A DNA stretch of 64,000 nucleotides from an uncultured virus (IMG/VR IMGVR_UViG_3300009154_000048) (Duplodnaviria; Heunggongvirae; Uroviricota; Caudoviricetes). The translations under genes were made by a program, and so were the position numbers. Shown one piece after another: positions 11,080 through 21,401 of the stretch. The notes below the pieces were generated by a model, which searched no databases, was not told where the DNA came from, and was given only the letters and a program-made list of their open reading frames with translations. The stretch lies in IMG/VR virus record IMGVR_UViG_3300009154_000048. One strand, given 5' to 3'. The first letter of the stretch is position 1. Each line of letters starts with the position of its first letter.

Positions 11080-11622
11080 TCAAGAAACCTTCTTGGCCCG
11101 CTTCTCTTCCATCCAGTTCCAAGCCGCCGTCTCACTGACCGGCCTTCCATACGCCTTGTAGAGGAAATTCAGACGGGTGTTGAGTTTGATACGCCTAGCG
11201 TTGACGACATGAGCGGGCAGTTCACCGTCGCAAGTCAGATTTTCGGGGCTTAATTCCACATGCACAGAGTGGATTGCCTCAATAATGAGTTGCTCTGTGT
11301 AATTCTGGAAAGGGGTATAGGGGATCGGCTGGTCGGCCAAAGCCATCTCTTGGGCGAAGGCCTTGAAGGCCGGATTCTGTGGCTGGGCGAAACTCTGCAT
11401 GACTACTGAGGTTTCAGTGACCGCATCGTTTACGGTCACCATCATGCTGTAAGGAACGCTCCACTGCGAACCCGCTTGGCTACCGCGACCCAAACCACGG
11501 CCTTCAAGGCTTCTCACTTGAGCCCTTTTCGGGTTCATCTTAACGATGATTCCCTTGGTACGCTCACCGGTTTCCCGGCCGAATTCGACAATCATTCCGA
11601 CACGGCATTCTTCGCGAAGCAT
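11080..11622 (-). CDS. Hypothetical protein (SH3-like N-terminus)
   Basis: VG..VEF...G.I.K.N.KRA.V; LSPENLTCDGE motif. Confidence 0.65.
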   Translation of the reverse strand: MLREECRVGMIVEFGRETGERTKGIIVKMNPKRAQVRSLEGRGLGRGSQAGSQWSVPYSMMVTVNDAVTETSVVMQSFAQPQNPAFKAFAQEMALADQPIPYTPFQNYTEQLIIEAIHSVHVELSPENLTCDGELPAHVVNARRIKLNTRLNFLYKAYGRPVSETAAWNWMEEKRAKKVS

Positions 11623-11834
11623 TTTTTAGTTCCTTTGGTTGGGGGTGATGTTCTTTCAACCATCTAGAATCATTTTTTCAGGCATCTGAATTAGGATATT
11701 CTAGCCAGAAAACATGACCGCAATTGCTGCATTCCGAACCTTCCACCGCATCGAAGGGAATGTTCTCCCCACAGTCTGGACAGATGTCATTGTCGTAGAC
11801 TTCAGCAAATATAGACTTTTTCATAGTATTTCCT

Positions 11835-12578
11835 TTATTCACTAACCCATCCGCCCACGAACCACTTGATTCCTCGGTCTTCCATCTCTTTCTTGTAGAG
11901 TTTCTCCCCGAAACGCCCGTCCATAACCTCAAGTTTCGCCAGTAGTTTGTCCCTATTGGCCTTGGTCTTCAAGAGTTCCTTACGGACTGACTTCAGACTC
12001 TTAATGTCCTCAGTCGTGAAGTCGGAGGTAATATCACCAGCCTTGGACACAAGAATCCGCAGTTCCTCGTTGAGTTTCTTGAACTTTCTGTTTGCATCGG
12101 CACAAGGCTCAAGAACTGCTTTTAATTTGGTCTTCTGTTCTTCGCTCAACTGGTCGGCAAGAACGAACTTTGATCCGCCTTGGATGAATTCAATAGCAAT
12201 GCACTTGGAGGACTTCATCCCAAAACTTCGGAAAAGATCGTTGGGATCAAGGCATACTACACTCATGCCACTGGAGTTGAACTTTTTCCCGTTGAAAGTA
12301 GGGCTTTTGGTGATGACTTCCCAAACGTCCTTGTGTTGGACAGCGAGGGCCGTTCCCCACTTGTCGGTGTTCTTTTCCACATGCTCAGAAGCCTCTTGCT
12401 CGGAATTAAAAATCTTTTCGAGGATTGAAAGACCGCCGTGCAAGGTTGCGAAGGTTCCGCTGTAGGCTCCCGAACCATGCTCGTACCGCTCCTCGTCCAC
12501 AAGAGCGTTGTACTGCTTGATGAGTTCAGACTTGGTGAGTTTGCCGTCGAACCGGGCTGTGTGAAAATGTGATCCCAT
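11835..12578 (-). CDS. Hypothetical protein
   Basis: Long ORF with RBS and cassette motif. Confidence 0.7.
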   Translation of the reverse strand: MGSHFHTARFDGKLTKSELIKQYNALVDEERYEHGSGAYSGTFATLHGGLSILEKIFNSEQEASEHVEKNTDKWGTALAVQHKDVWEVITKSPTFNGKKFNSSGMSVVCLDPNDLFRSFGMKSSKCIAIEFIQGGSKFVLADQLSEEQKTKLKAVLEPCADANRKFKKLNEELRILVSKAGDITSDFTTEDIKSLKSVRKELLKTKANRDKLLAKLEVMDGRFGEKLYKKEMEDRGIKWFVGGWVSE

Positions 12579-12631
12579 GATTGTCTCCTTGTGTTGTTTC
12601 AACTATCTGGGGGAGAGTTTTCAGGAAGCGG

Positions 12632-12946
12632 TCATGGCATTTCGCCCAAGACAACCACCTTCATCGCTAGGTCAGCCGGGAATACATAGGTGTATGTCCC
12701 GTCAGCATAAACCAAATCAACTCTGATCTTGTCTTTGTAGGGAAGGTTGTCAAGTCCCCCCAAATCCACATACAGTTCAGAAGGAGGACGTTTCTTTCGC
12801 CTTCCCATCGGTGGTGTATGCCAAACGGCAATTTTGTTTCGTTTGAAGTATTCCTCCCAATCCCTAAATCCACGGGGATTCTTGAGAAATGCTTCGGACT
12901 TACTCCGAAGTATCTCACGCAGATGTAATTGGGTGGCAATGTCCAT
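12632..12946 (-). CDS. LVLG-tail paralog family member
   Basis: FPADLAMKVVVLGEMP. Confidence 0.7.
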   Translation of the reverse strand: MDIATQLHLREILRSKSEAFLKNPRGFRDWEEYFKRNKIAVWHTPPMGRRKKRPPSELYVDLGGLDNLPYKDKIRVDLVYADGTYTYVFPADLAMKVVVLGEMP

Positions 12947-12988
12947 GATTGTCTCCTTGTGTTATTTCAACTGTCTGGGAAGAGTTTT

Positions 12989-13375
12989 TCAGGGAACACC
13001 CAGCACAAGAAACTTCTCGGCTACTTCCTTTGGGATTGAGAGGCCCCATTCATGTTGCATTATGTACCCATGACAGGACCACAAAGTGTGTTCAATCAAT
13101 ACTTGATGATGTTTGGTTGCGGATGGCAGGACGTATTCGTCTATGTTCAACGGATTTGATTCCTCTAACAGGGACAAACTAATGGCGGCAATCGTTCCTC
13201 TTTGCCACCAGTGCTTGGAACCCCACTCTCTGCGAACTTCAACTATTCCGAACGATTCAAGAAAGACCAACCAAGCCTCGTAGTAGTCTTGGTTTTCTTG
13301 ATAGAGTCTTTCTTTCTTTTCCCAAAAAAGTTCTTGGAGTTTTTTCTTGTTCTTCACGCTCCATCTCAATTTCAT
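12989..13375 (-). CDS. LVLG-tail paralog family member
   Basis: Likely start MKLRW; ends IPKEVAEKFLVLGVP. Confidence 0.7.
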   Translation of the reverse strand: MKLRWSVKNKKKLQELFWEKKERLYQENQDYYEAWLVFLESFGIVEVRREWGSKHWWQRGTIAAISLSLLEESNPLNIDEYVLPSATKHHQVLIEHTLWSCHGYIMQHEWGLSIPKEVAEKFLVLGVP

Positions 13376-14475
13376 TCTTCGCCCTCGCTCTTGAACTTGA
13401 GTGTGTCCAGCGTGTCGGGATCGACATCGTCTCTCAAGCCCAGATAGATAGGCTGATAGAGGCTCCCGCCCTTGTATGCGTAGAGGTATCGCACTTCGAC
13501 CACATCGCCCGCTTTGGGAATGTCGTGGTTGGCGGGGATGGTCACATTGCCCACTTCGGTTCCGCAGCCCATCTTGAGGCTCACGCTCCGCTTCTGGTTG
13601 ACCTTGCTGACCACACAAGATGCGGTGCTGTAGAACTTGAACTTGAGGTAGTTTCCACCAGAGGCCGGTCGGCCTACGTTGTATTTGGCTCCGAGCCGCT
13701 TGAATACGACGCCTTCGCCGCCTTCCTTCTTGACTGCTTCGTAGTATTGACGCTTATGTAGACTGCAAGTTTTGACTTCAGTGGAGCAAGGACAGTTGAG
13801 TCCCGTAAGGGGAACGCAACGGATGTTGTCGCTGAGATGATTCCACATGGCTAGGATTTGTGAGCGACTTTCCAAGGGAAAGTTTCTGTAGCACTTTCCG
13901 TCCATTTCCAATATGTCAAAGGCGTAGAGAGTTTCGCCAACGAGTTCTCCATCCAAGAGGAAGTCATTTTCAGTCCGCACTGCACTGACTATCTGGTTCG
14001 GGACGCTGATTTGTTTGCCTTTGCGGTTGAGGGCGTATATCTTGCCGTTCTTGCGACCCAACATAAACCTCACCCCGTCGAACTTTGGCTGGACGGCCCA
14101 GTTCGGATCGTCCAAGAGCCGTTCGCACTCGTCCTCTTCCACGGGGTTGAGCAAGACGCACTGGATTTCGGTCGGAGTATCGGGCAGATCGGCTTGGGGG
14201 ATGACTCCGGGGCCGTCCGATGTCATGTGCCGGTAGCCCTTGGCGAGTTTGCTGTCAACGAGTTTCGTCCAGACCTTTACGGCCTCATCCAGACCCACTG
14301 GACTGCTGGTCTTGCTGCCCGTGGTCATGCTTCCGCCACGCCGTCCGTACTGAAAGTTGACTACAAACTTATCGCCCTTCGGCTCCACTGTAGCGAAGTA
14401 GACCTTGTCGCTGGAACCTTCCTTGAAATACAGGCTGGCAGTTTTCATTGCTTTGTCCTCAAGTGTTGTTGTCAT
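13372..14475 (-). CDS. WGR-domain ATP-dependent DNA ligase
   Basis: N-terminal WGR domain; motif I QPKFDGVR, III LLDGEL, IIIa AFDIL, IV EGVVFK, V LKFK; C-terminal OB fold. Confidence 0.85.
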   Translation of the reverse strand: MTTTLEDKAMKTASLYFKEGSSDKVYFATVEPKGDKFVVNFQYGRRGGSMTTGSKTSSPVGLDEAVKVWTKLVDSKLAKGYRHMTSDGPGVIPQADLPDTPTEIQCVLLNPVEEDECERLLDDPNWAVQPKFDGVRFMLGRKNGKIYALNRKGKQISVPNQIVSAVRTENDFLLDGELVGETLYAFDILEMDGKCYRNFPLESRSQILAMWNHLSDNIRCVPLTGLNCPCSTEVKTCSLHKRQYYEAVKKEGGEGVVFKRLGAKYNVGRPASGGNYLKFKFYSTASCVVSKVNQKRSVSLKMGCGTEVGNVTIPANHDIPKAGDVVEVRYLYAYKGGSLYQPIYLGLRDDVDPDTLDTLKFKSEGEE

Positions 14476-14817
14476 GTTATTTCAACCATCTGGGGAAAGA
14501 AAATCAGGATGCAATTTTTCTGGCAAGATTTGCAACCCGGTTGTATTTCTCGGCAATTTCCTCATCAACTCCGGCCTTGAGCATGTCGGCGCTTAATTTA
14601 TCGAACAAGCGCGACATGCACATAAAAGTATTCTGATAGTTGTCGATACGATCCTCATCAACCAGCCGGGCCTCGCCCAGAATCATGTCTGTGAGTGCCC
14701 TCAACTTGAGCATGAATGTTTCGCCCATCAAACCGCTGTCCCTCACCTTTTCAAAGAGGGATTCCAACACTTTGCTCAACTCGTCTATGTGTTGCTTGCT
14801 CATGTTGTTTCAACCAT

Positions 14818-15525
14818 CTAGAGAGTTGTTTTCCAAGCGATGTATTCTTGGAGTTGTTTGTGTTCGTCTTCGTTTTCGGCCTTGTCGTTCAGAATGAAGA
14901 AGTTCTCGATTTCTTTGGGAAGAACTCCGCCGATGATCTCTTGTGCGTAGCGTAGGGCGCACCACATGCGTCCCTCTTTGGCTAATATCTTGAACTCCGC
15001 TTCGGAAGAAAATCTACCGTGTTCGATAGCATAATAAAGAGCAAGTCTGGTGTTGGAACACTTGATGAAGAACGACTCGGGAAGCCTTTTGCCCGAAAGG
15101 TGCGAGCACAAGTATCTCTTTGATTCCTTGTCCTCTTTCGACTTACGAGACTTCTTGTTCTTATAGTTTTCCCGCGACACAGTGATTTCATCACTGTAGT
15201 CCCATTCGTTGCCGACCTCATGTATCAAATCGACAAGGTTGCTACCGACCCAATTTGGCAACTTGGGCAAGGACGACTTCTTGCGTTCTTCTTCATATTC
15301 ATTATCTTCTTCCTCGTATTCCCCGTTGTAATCTACGCGATGGCCGTTCACATACAGAAGTTCCAGATGGTCGCTGTAGTTGTTGTCATCGTACTCGTTC
15401 GATTTGCGGAACGAGAACTCGACAAGTTCTGGGCAGCCGTCGAACGCTGCCGAAATGAGCTCGTCCGGGGAAATGATTCTGTCCAGTTCGTTCTTGATGT
15501 AGAGAAGCTTGTCTAATTTGATCAT
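14818..15525 (-). CDS. Hypothetical protein with YA..GR helical repeats
   Basis: YYAIEHGRF and YAQEIIGGVLP, similar to the 35.4-39.3 kb cluster. Confidence 0.65.
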   Translation of the reverse strand: MIKLDKLLYIKNELDRIISPDELISAAFDGCPELVEFSFRKSNEYDDNNYSDHLELLYVNGHRVDYNGEYEEEDNEYEEERKKSSLPKLPNWVGSNLVDLIHEVGNEWDYSDEITVSRENYKNKKSRKSKEDKESKRYLCSHLSGKRLPESFFIKCSNTRLALYYAIEHGRFSSEAEFKILAKEGRMWCALRYAQEIIGGVLPKEIENFFILNDKAENEDEHKQLQEYIAWKTTL

Positions 15526-16034
15526 TGTTTTCTCCCTAAACTCTTGGGCTTGATGTAATTGGACGCCATCATCCTAACGAAAATTCGTTTTCCGGCCTTC
15601 TTGCACACAACCCCTCGGTGGGGAGTCGTGCTGTCATAGCCGATGATTGTCTGATCGGCTACTTCTATACCGTCCAGACTCATATTTTCAAGAAAAACAT
15701 TTTGGCTTTCTCTGTCCGCGGGGACTTCATTGAATTCGGGCATGATCTTTGGGAACTCGGTTCGGTTCGGCCCTTTCGCCCAGAGAGCGTACTTGTTGTC
15801 CTTGTAGAAGTCCCCGTCGAAGTGCCATCGAACGTCCCGACAAGTATGAGCACCAGGGATGCAATCTTGAACGATGAAATCCACCAGGTAGAACTTGTAC
15901 CCATCGGGCAAGAGCGACCTCATCTCGTCCATCAGAGGATTGAAGTCTGGGAACCGTTTCCGAAAGGACTTCAGATCGCAGTCCTTGACCATGATCTTCT
16001 CGTGGTCGGCCGATACTAGAAATTGCTTTTCCAT
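15522..16034 (-). CDS. Putative 2OG-Fe(II) oxygenase-like protein
   Basis: WHFD (HxD) plus distal PHRG and R-x-F-x-R. Confidence 0.45.
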   Translation of the reverse strand: MEKQFLVSADHEKIMVKDCDLKSFRKRFPDFNPLMDEMRSLLPDGYKFYLVDFIVQDCIPGAHTCRDVRWHFDGDFYKDNKYALWAKGPNRTEFPKIMPEFNEVPADRESQNVFLENMSLDGIEVADQTIIGYDSTTPHRGVVCKKAGKRIFVRMMASNYIKPKSLGRKQ

Positions 16035-16062
16035 GTTATTTCAACTATCGGGGAGCGTGGAA

Positions 16063-17526
16063 TCAGGCGGCCTCCACAATTTCCGGGTTGATTGCCAAGT
16101 CCTCGGCAACGTTGAAGAGGCTCTTCTGACGGCTCGGGTCGAGATGGTCGCGGTACTTGGCGAGGAACTTCTGCTCCTCCTCGGTGAGATCGCGGTTGCT
16201 GTGTCCACGGGCTTGCGAGACCGTCTTGCCGTCCGCACTGATCTGCACCGTCACGAGGGGCTTCTCCAGTTCGTCGGCCTTGCGGAGGAACACGATGCTG
16301 TACTGGCGATCCACGACGCCGCTGACGTAGGAGGCAACGCAGTGGTTGAGAGCGGCACCCTCGTTCACGATGTCGTTCACGCTCTTGGGGAGGACGATGC
16401 TGAACTCCTTGTTGGAGAACTCAAGGTTCTTGATGCTCTCGCAGACGCTGGTGAACCGCTCCGCGAAGGCTTGGCTCTGCTTCACGCGGTAGTTGCGTGC
16501 GGCAATGTCATGGCTCATCTTGAGACCCTTGGGGTAGCGGTCGTAGTTGTTCCCAGCCATCTCGTGCTGCATCCGGGCGTAGTCGTCGAGGAGGACAAGG
16601 TTCTCCCAGTTCTGGTAGATCATGCTGTTGCAGATGCCTTGCATCGGAAGGATATGGAACACATAGTCCATCACCTTCTTCGCCTTGAAGCCACGCTCGG
16701 TGATCTTCTTCAAGCGGCCCCACTGGTAGGTGTTGCGGGCGATTGCGAACTTGTACTTCTCCCACACATACTGCCACAGTTCGCCATCGCCCGTCTGGCA
16801 GTGGAAGTGGTAGTCGTCCAGCCAAGCGCCCAGTTGCACGCGGCTCTCGTCCACGAGACCCATAGCGTGATCCGTGATGACATACTCGGTGCTGGCACGC
16901 TCCGCGACGTGCTTGCAGAACCATGAGTCCATGCCACGTTCGCGGAAGGTCTTGAAGTCCAGCACCTTGCTCCCCCGGAAGGCAATGTCACAGACAACCT
17001 TCAGAGGCATCTGCTGGATGTACTGGTTCTTGGCAAGGCTCTCAATCGCCATGCTGTTCTCGCCCGTGAGCATGTCCAGCCGGTTGCTGGCGTTGACCAG
17101 ACGCTTGCTGATCTGCCCGTCGCTCTCACGGCGATTCCGCTCGGCATTACTCTTCACCCATCGGGAGAGGATCGTGAAGTAGGTCTTCACCCATCCCTCA
17201 GTAGCAATCTGGGCGATCTGCTCGTAGAACCCATCACGACCGGCCTTGAACTCGGCCCAGCGACGACCGGCGGGGGCGGGAGGAGGCATGAAGAGACCCT
17301 CGCCCCACTGGATGTTCTTGAAGTGGCTATCACCCATCTCCAGTTCGGTGTTCGAGTGGAACCACTTGGTGTTCGCCACGTTGTAGAAGAGGCTCGTGCC
17401 GTTGTTGAAGACGAAGATGATCCGGCGACCATCCTCGCTCGCCGTGACGGTCGAGAGGACGACATACTGGGTCTTGTTGCGGGAGGCACGGGCGACGGTC
17501 TCGACGATTGCGGCAGCGTTTTCCAT
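16063..17526 (-). CDS. PcfJ-like domain protein
   Basis: DY.RM..., L..SHD, EG..L.HCVASY, Q.RG.SN motifs. Confidence 0.8.
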   Translation of the reverse strand: MENAAAIVETVARASRNKTQYVVLSTVTASEDGRRIIFVFNNGTSLFYNVANTKWFHSNTELEMGDSHFKNIQWGEGLFMPPPAPAGRRWAEFKAGRDGFYEQIAQIATEGWVKTYFTILSRWVKSNAERNRRESDGQISKRLVNASNRLDMLTGENSMAIESLAKNQYIQQMPLKVVCDIAFRGSKVLDFKTFRERGMDSWFCKHVAERASTEYVITDHAMGLVDESRVQLGAWLDDYHFHCQTGDGELWQYVWEKYKFAIARNTYQWGRLKKITERGFKAKKVMDYVFHILPMQGICNSMIYQNWENLVLLDDYARMQHEMAGNNYDRYPKGLKMSHDIAARNYRVKQSQAFAERFTSVCESIKNLEFSNKEFSIVLPKSVNDIVNEGAALNHCVASYVSGVVDRQYSIVFLRKADELEKPLVTVQISADGKTVSQARGHSNRDLTEEEQKFLAKYRDHLDPSRQKSLFNVAEDLAINPEIVEAA

Positions 17527-18304
17527 GACTAATCTCCTAGTGGGTTGATCGGCTGATGTTACTTCAACTATCTGGGATTAAAAAATCAGGAAGTCAGGAA
17601 GAAATTTAATTTTGCCAGTCTGAATCGACGGCATTGTCATTCACAAACACCTCAATCTCCCCAGATTGCGTACGTTCCCGCACCTTCAGCACAGTTCCGT
17701 CCGTGAAGACGATGGTCAGACCCTCATCCCAGGGATCAGAGTATTTGGCTGTGGCGACAGTTTTTCCAACAATGTCCATGATCAAGTCTCCAGTGTTGTT
17801 TCAACTATCCGGCATGGCCTTTTCAGGATCGAGAGAATTGAGAAACAAAATTTTCTCGACCATCGCCAAGGTGGCAACATAGTACGAGTTCGGCTCAGAA
17901 CTCCTAATCGCCACAAATTGCCCAGGCATCCCATGGTCAAGCATCATCATTTCCACCGCTCCGGCCTCCCGGATGTCATACTTCTCCATGAATGCCGCCA
18001 AATCCTCGCCCTTGAGGGTCTCCAAGTTCACCTTCAGAAATTCTTTGACCTTGAGTTTGTTCTTTTTATCGAGCATCACTTTCCTCCAAGAAAGACGGCA
18101 TTCCAGAAATACCAAACAAAGGTTTGTGCAGGACAAGATTGGGTCTTGAGATCCCCACGGCCTCCTCTTGGGTAGCATACCCGCTGGTATGGCACCACTC
18201 TCCATCCGCCTCTTGCTCCAGGCGGACCCAAGACTTCAAATCTTTCGAATAATAGGCAGTCATTTTGTTCTCCTCTGATGTTTCAACCATCTGGGAGAAG
18301 AAAA

Positions 18305-18727
18305 TCAGGCCATCTTGCCGCTCAACAAAACAAGCTCGGCATAACTTTTAGGCACAAGAATATAAACCGTGTTGTCCTCGAGCTTGGAATAGATATCTTT
18401 CCCGTTCGGGCAAGTAATTAAAATCTGATCTTGTTTTTGCTGCTGTTTTGCAGACTCGAGGCCAACAATTTGTTGGCAGCCCTTTTCTTTCAACAAATCA
18501 GCCCAGACCCATTCGTAGCCGTCATCAGCTTGCTCGGAAAACAAGCTGCCAAGCCACTCCTCGAACAAGTCCATGTGCTTTTCTTCAAATATCTTGTGAA
18601 GGGTTTTGATCCTGCACTTGTCGCACAGTTTCACGTCGATCCCCTTCTCATCCTTGTACCAGGATGAAACGAGGCCGCTCCCGCAAGCACACTGACGGAT
18701 CAATTTAAAAAACTCACCAATTTTCAT
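18305..18727 (-). CDS. Hypothetical protein (CxC/CxxC; divergent LVLG-like tail)
   Basis: CACGSG, CDKC; VPKSYAELVLLSG. Confidence 0.6.
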   Translation of the reverse strand: MKIGEFFKLIRQCACGSGLVSSWYKDEKGIDVKLCDKCRIKTLHKIFEEKHMDLFEEWLGSLFSEQADDGYEWVWADLLKEKGCQQIVGLESAKQQQKQDQILITCPNGKDIYSKLEDNTVYILVPKSYAELVLLSGKMA

Positions 18728-19076
18728 TGCTTCTTGAGCTTTTCATTCTCTGCTGTCAAAGAGGCAACCACACTCTCGAGCTTATTGATTCCCCTGAGGA
18801 TCCTGTGAATCTGCTCACTCTTCTCTTGCTCGTACGTATTAGCGGCAAGCCTCTTCAACTCGGCCAAATCATCTTGGGAAATATACATGGGAACCCTTGG
18901 TTAATGAAAAACACAACCTAATAGAGTCCCTCACTCACCACAAATCTCGCCGTCCTTCAGAACAGGACCCTCGTACTTGTGCTCGTCAGTGTCGAACGGA
19001 CACTGATCCAGGTCGCCGCCCTTGGCGATAAAGTCGGCTAAAAGACGATTATAATGAAGACCAACTGCCATAAGAT

Positions 19077-19583
19077 TTACTTAATATGAAGAGAAACCTT
19101 GCCATTGTGGAAGTCCCAGTCTACAGCGTAAACAGAACCCATGTAAGTGCTGAAAATCTTCCCGTTGTATGCCACAGGGTTCCTGGACAAATCGGTTGAT
19201 TGACCTGTTCTGTTATTGGTGATCACTAGCTCTTCAGTCTCGAGCTCAGGTTCCCCAGCGGGTTCCGGGCCGAATCCGTCTGGATTACCCATTTCACCCT
19301 GGCCAGGTGTGTAGTTCAATGAGGCCGAGACCCTGGCGAACATATTGTATGTGTCCCCAGGCTCCCCAATTACAGCACTAAGTTTCGGATCCATTATGAT
19401 GGCAGGCCACTTTTTGTTTGACTGAATGTCAACGAATGTGCCGTTCTCAAACTTAAGCTCGCGCTCAACTTCTCCGTCGCCGCCAGCTCGAGGATACTCG
19501 TCGTCGGGACCCTCATCAGGCTCGTTCGGATCCCATTCGTTCAACTTTCCATCAAGTATCTGCCAAAACTTATAGAAATCCAT
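19077..19583 (-). CDS. Hypothetical protein, possibly late/virion-internal
   Basis: AGGAGG RBS; CCTAGATA motif upstream. Confidence 0.6.
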   Translation of the reverse strand: MDFYKFWQILDGKLNEWDPNEPDEGPDDEYPRAGGDGEVERELKFENGTFVDIQSNKKWPAIIMDPKLSAVIGEPGDTYNMFARVSASLNYTPGQGEMGNPDGFGPEPAGEPELETEELVITNNRTGQSTDLSRNPVAYNGKIFSTYMGSVYAVDWDFHNGKVSLHIK

Positions 19584-19632
19584 GATTAGCCTCCTAGAAT
19601 AACATATCTAGGCAAATGAAGAGTTTTTTAAA

Positions 19633-19719
19633 CGGAATCTGAGGGATTCGAACCCACGGAGGATTTTATCCCTCGGCGGTTTAGTAAACCGCTGCCTTAA
19701 ACCGCTCGGCCAAGATTCC
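19633..19719 (-). tRNA. tRNA-Ser (anticodon ACT)
   Basis: Cloverleaf; GCGGT-TTACTAA-ACCGC anticodon arm, long variable arm, G discriminator. Confidence 0.85.
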
Positions 19720-19720
19720 A

Positions 19721-19793
19721 CGACCCCACGGAGATTCGAACTCCGGTAATCAGAACGAAAATCTGATGTCCTAGTCCACTAGACGATGGGGCC
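19721..19793 (-). tRNA. tRNA-Glu (TTC)
   Basis: GGCCCCATCGTCTAGTGG...TCAGA-TTTTCGT-TCTGA...GTTCGAATC. Confidence 0.9.
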
Positions 19794-19908
19794 AAGCACG
19801 GCTTCAGTCTTACACAAACCGCAAGTCTACGGAAGCCGCTTAAGGGATTACCCGCGATCCCATCAAATCGGCAAGGGTAATATAGCGGAAATATTCAATT
19901 ATTCAAGA

Positions 19909-19982
19909 TGGGCCATCTAGGGCTCGAACCTAGGACTTCCAAATTATGAGTTTGGCACTCTAACCAGCTGAGTTAATGGCCC
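19909..19982 (-). tRNA. tRNA with CAT anticodon, probably Ile2
   Basis: CCAAA-CTCATAA-TTTGG; paired G1-C72 so not an initiator; neighbours tilS. Confidence 0.85.
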
Positions 19983-20056
19983 AATGTTTTATTTTTTGTT
20001 GTTGTCTTGATATCCTTGGGTTCGTTCTTTGATTATATCTAATCAGTTCTATCTTG

Positions 20057-20356
20057 TCAAGAAACAGACTCTTTGCCCGCCAGATAGGCGTCCTCGATGA
20101 TTTTGTCGAGGCCGCACAGCATATCTTCGGATGGCTTCCAAATCTCCCCCAAATGGCCGGCACAAAACGCATTGCTCGCAAGTCCCCAAACCACGTCGTA
20201 TGCCTTGCCGTCACCAGGCTCCAACCAAGGACCCAGTCGATAACTGCCTCTGGAATTTGCGATCCTAGCCACTTTCTTGTCAGCGTTCTTCTTCCACCAT
20301 TCGCTGAACAGTTGCTCGGGCGTGGCTTTCTTCTTTCTGGCTGTCTTCTTAGGCAT
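20057..20356 (-). CDS. Hypothetical protein
   Basis: ORF overlapping the tilS stop. Confidence 0.6.
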   Translation of the reverse strand: MPKKTARKKKATPEQLFSEWWKKNADKKVARIANSRGSYRLGPWLEPGDGKAYDVVWGLASNAFCAGHLGEIWKPSEDMLCGLDKIIEDAYLAGKESVS

Positions 20357-20990
20357 GATTTGTCTCCGCGAGTTTTTCGATCCGTCTTTTCGCATACTTC
20401 TCAAGCGACAGTTTTTGTTTTTTCATTTCAGGGATTATATCGCATCGCAGCCAGTTGCGTCTTGATCCCTTAACGACTGAATTAGATTCGTCTTGCACTA
20501 CCCAATCCGTCCAGCCGTTCCTTTTCAAGAACTGGTTGAAGTCTTCCTTTTTGGTGAGCAAGAATGGGTGGGCGACATTGAAGTTTGGGAACTTGCTTTC
20601 GAGTTCGAAGGGATGTTTATTTGGATGTCCTCGAAGGCAGTTGAGCAAATAACTTTCTACCCAGTCATTGAGGTGGTGTGCGGTGATGATTGTCCCGTCT
20701 TTTGCTGTCTTGGAGTAGAAGTTTAGTCTTGCTTCCCTGCACTCGGCCTCGGTCTTGAGTCCGACGCCGATTTCGGTTTTTCCTTCCAAGTTTAAAAACG
20801 AGCACAACTTGAGGAACTTATCTTGCATGATCCCGTTCTGGGCCCTGAGATTATGGTTGAAGTGAAGGGGTGTAAAACTGTATCCCTTCCATCTCAGCCA
20901 GAATAGGGCTGCAACGCTGTCAACACCCATGCTGACGGCGATGTGGTAGTGCTTGTCTTTGGGCAAGATTGACTTGATGACTTTGATCAT
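20349..20990 (-). CDS. tilS: tRNA(Ile)-lysidine synthetase (minimal PP-loop domain)
   Basis: AVSMGVDS PP-loop, HFNHNLR, E...R.AR, TAHHLND..E..L....RG, DESN....RN.LR. Confidence 0.85.
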   Translation of the reverse strand: MIKVIKSILPKDKHYHIAVSMGVDSVAALFWLRWKGYSFTPLHFNHNLRAQNGIMQDKFLKLCSFLNLEGKTEIGVGLKTEAECREARLNFYSKTAKDGTIITAHHLNDWVESYLLNCLRGHPNKHPFELESKFPNFNVAHPFLLTKKEDFNQFLKRNGWTDWVVQDESNSVVKGSRRNWLRCDIIPEMKKQKLSLEKYAKRRIEKLAETNHA

Positions 20991-21020
20991 TGTCCCAATA
21001 TACCGTCCGTGGTTGGATTT

Positions 21021-21365
21021 TCAAACCTTTTGGAGCATTTTGGTCACATTGAGATCTAATGTTTTGAGCAGTTCTATTGCCGTTGCATGCCGGGACAAGT
21101 TTTGTTTTTTGAAGTAAAGCATATTTCCCTTGACGCTGACCTTTTCCTTTAGGGAGAAAGTCCATAGTGCGATGCCGTCATCCTCTTTTTCGGACCCGTC
21201 ATAAAGATTCAGTTCGCCATCTCGATCAAAATATACATACTCCCATTGCAGATCGTCTTGGTGTACGAAAATGGTCCCGATCTTGTCCCAGACCAGATCC
21301 AGAACGTCCCCTAAGGTCAATTCATCAAAGACGTACTTGGCCTTCAAGGCTTCAGAGACTTTCAT
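21021..21365 (-). CDS. Hypothetical protein, paralog of 27463..27783
   Basis: AK.VF.E.TLG.VL shared. Confidence 0.65.
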   Translation of the reverse strand: MKVSEALKAKYVFDELTLGDVLDLVWDKIGTIFVHQDDLQWEYVYFDRDGELNLYDGSEKEDDGIALWTFSLKEKVSVKGNMLYFKKQNLSRHATAIELLKTLDLNVTKMLQKV

Positions 21366-21401
21366 TGGTTTCCTCGATAAAATCCGCGATTAGTTGTTCT
21401 T

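Noticed and set aside
19794..19908. Possible ncRNA between tRNA-Glu and tRNA-Ile2
   Set aside because: Only two 7-bp stems (CGGCTTC/GAAGCCG, ATTACCC/GGGTAAT); insufficient support.
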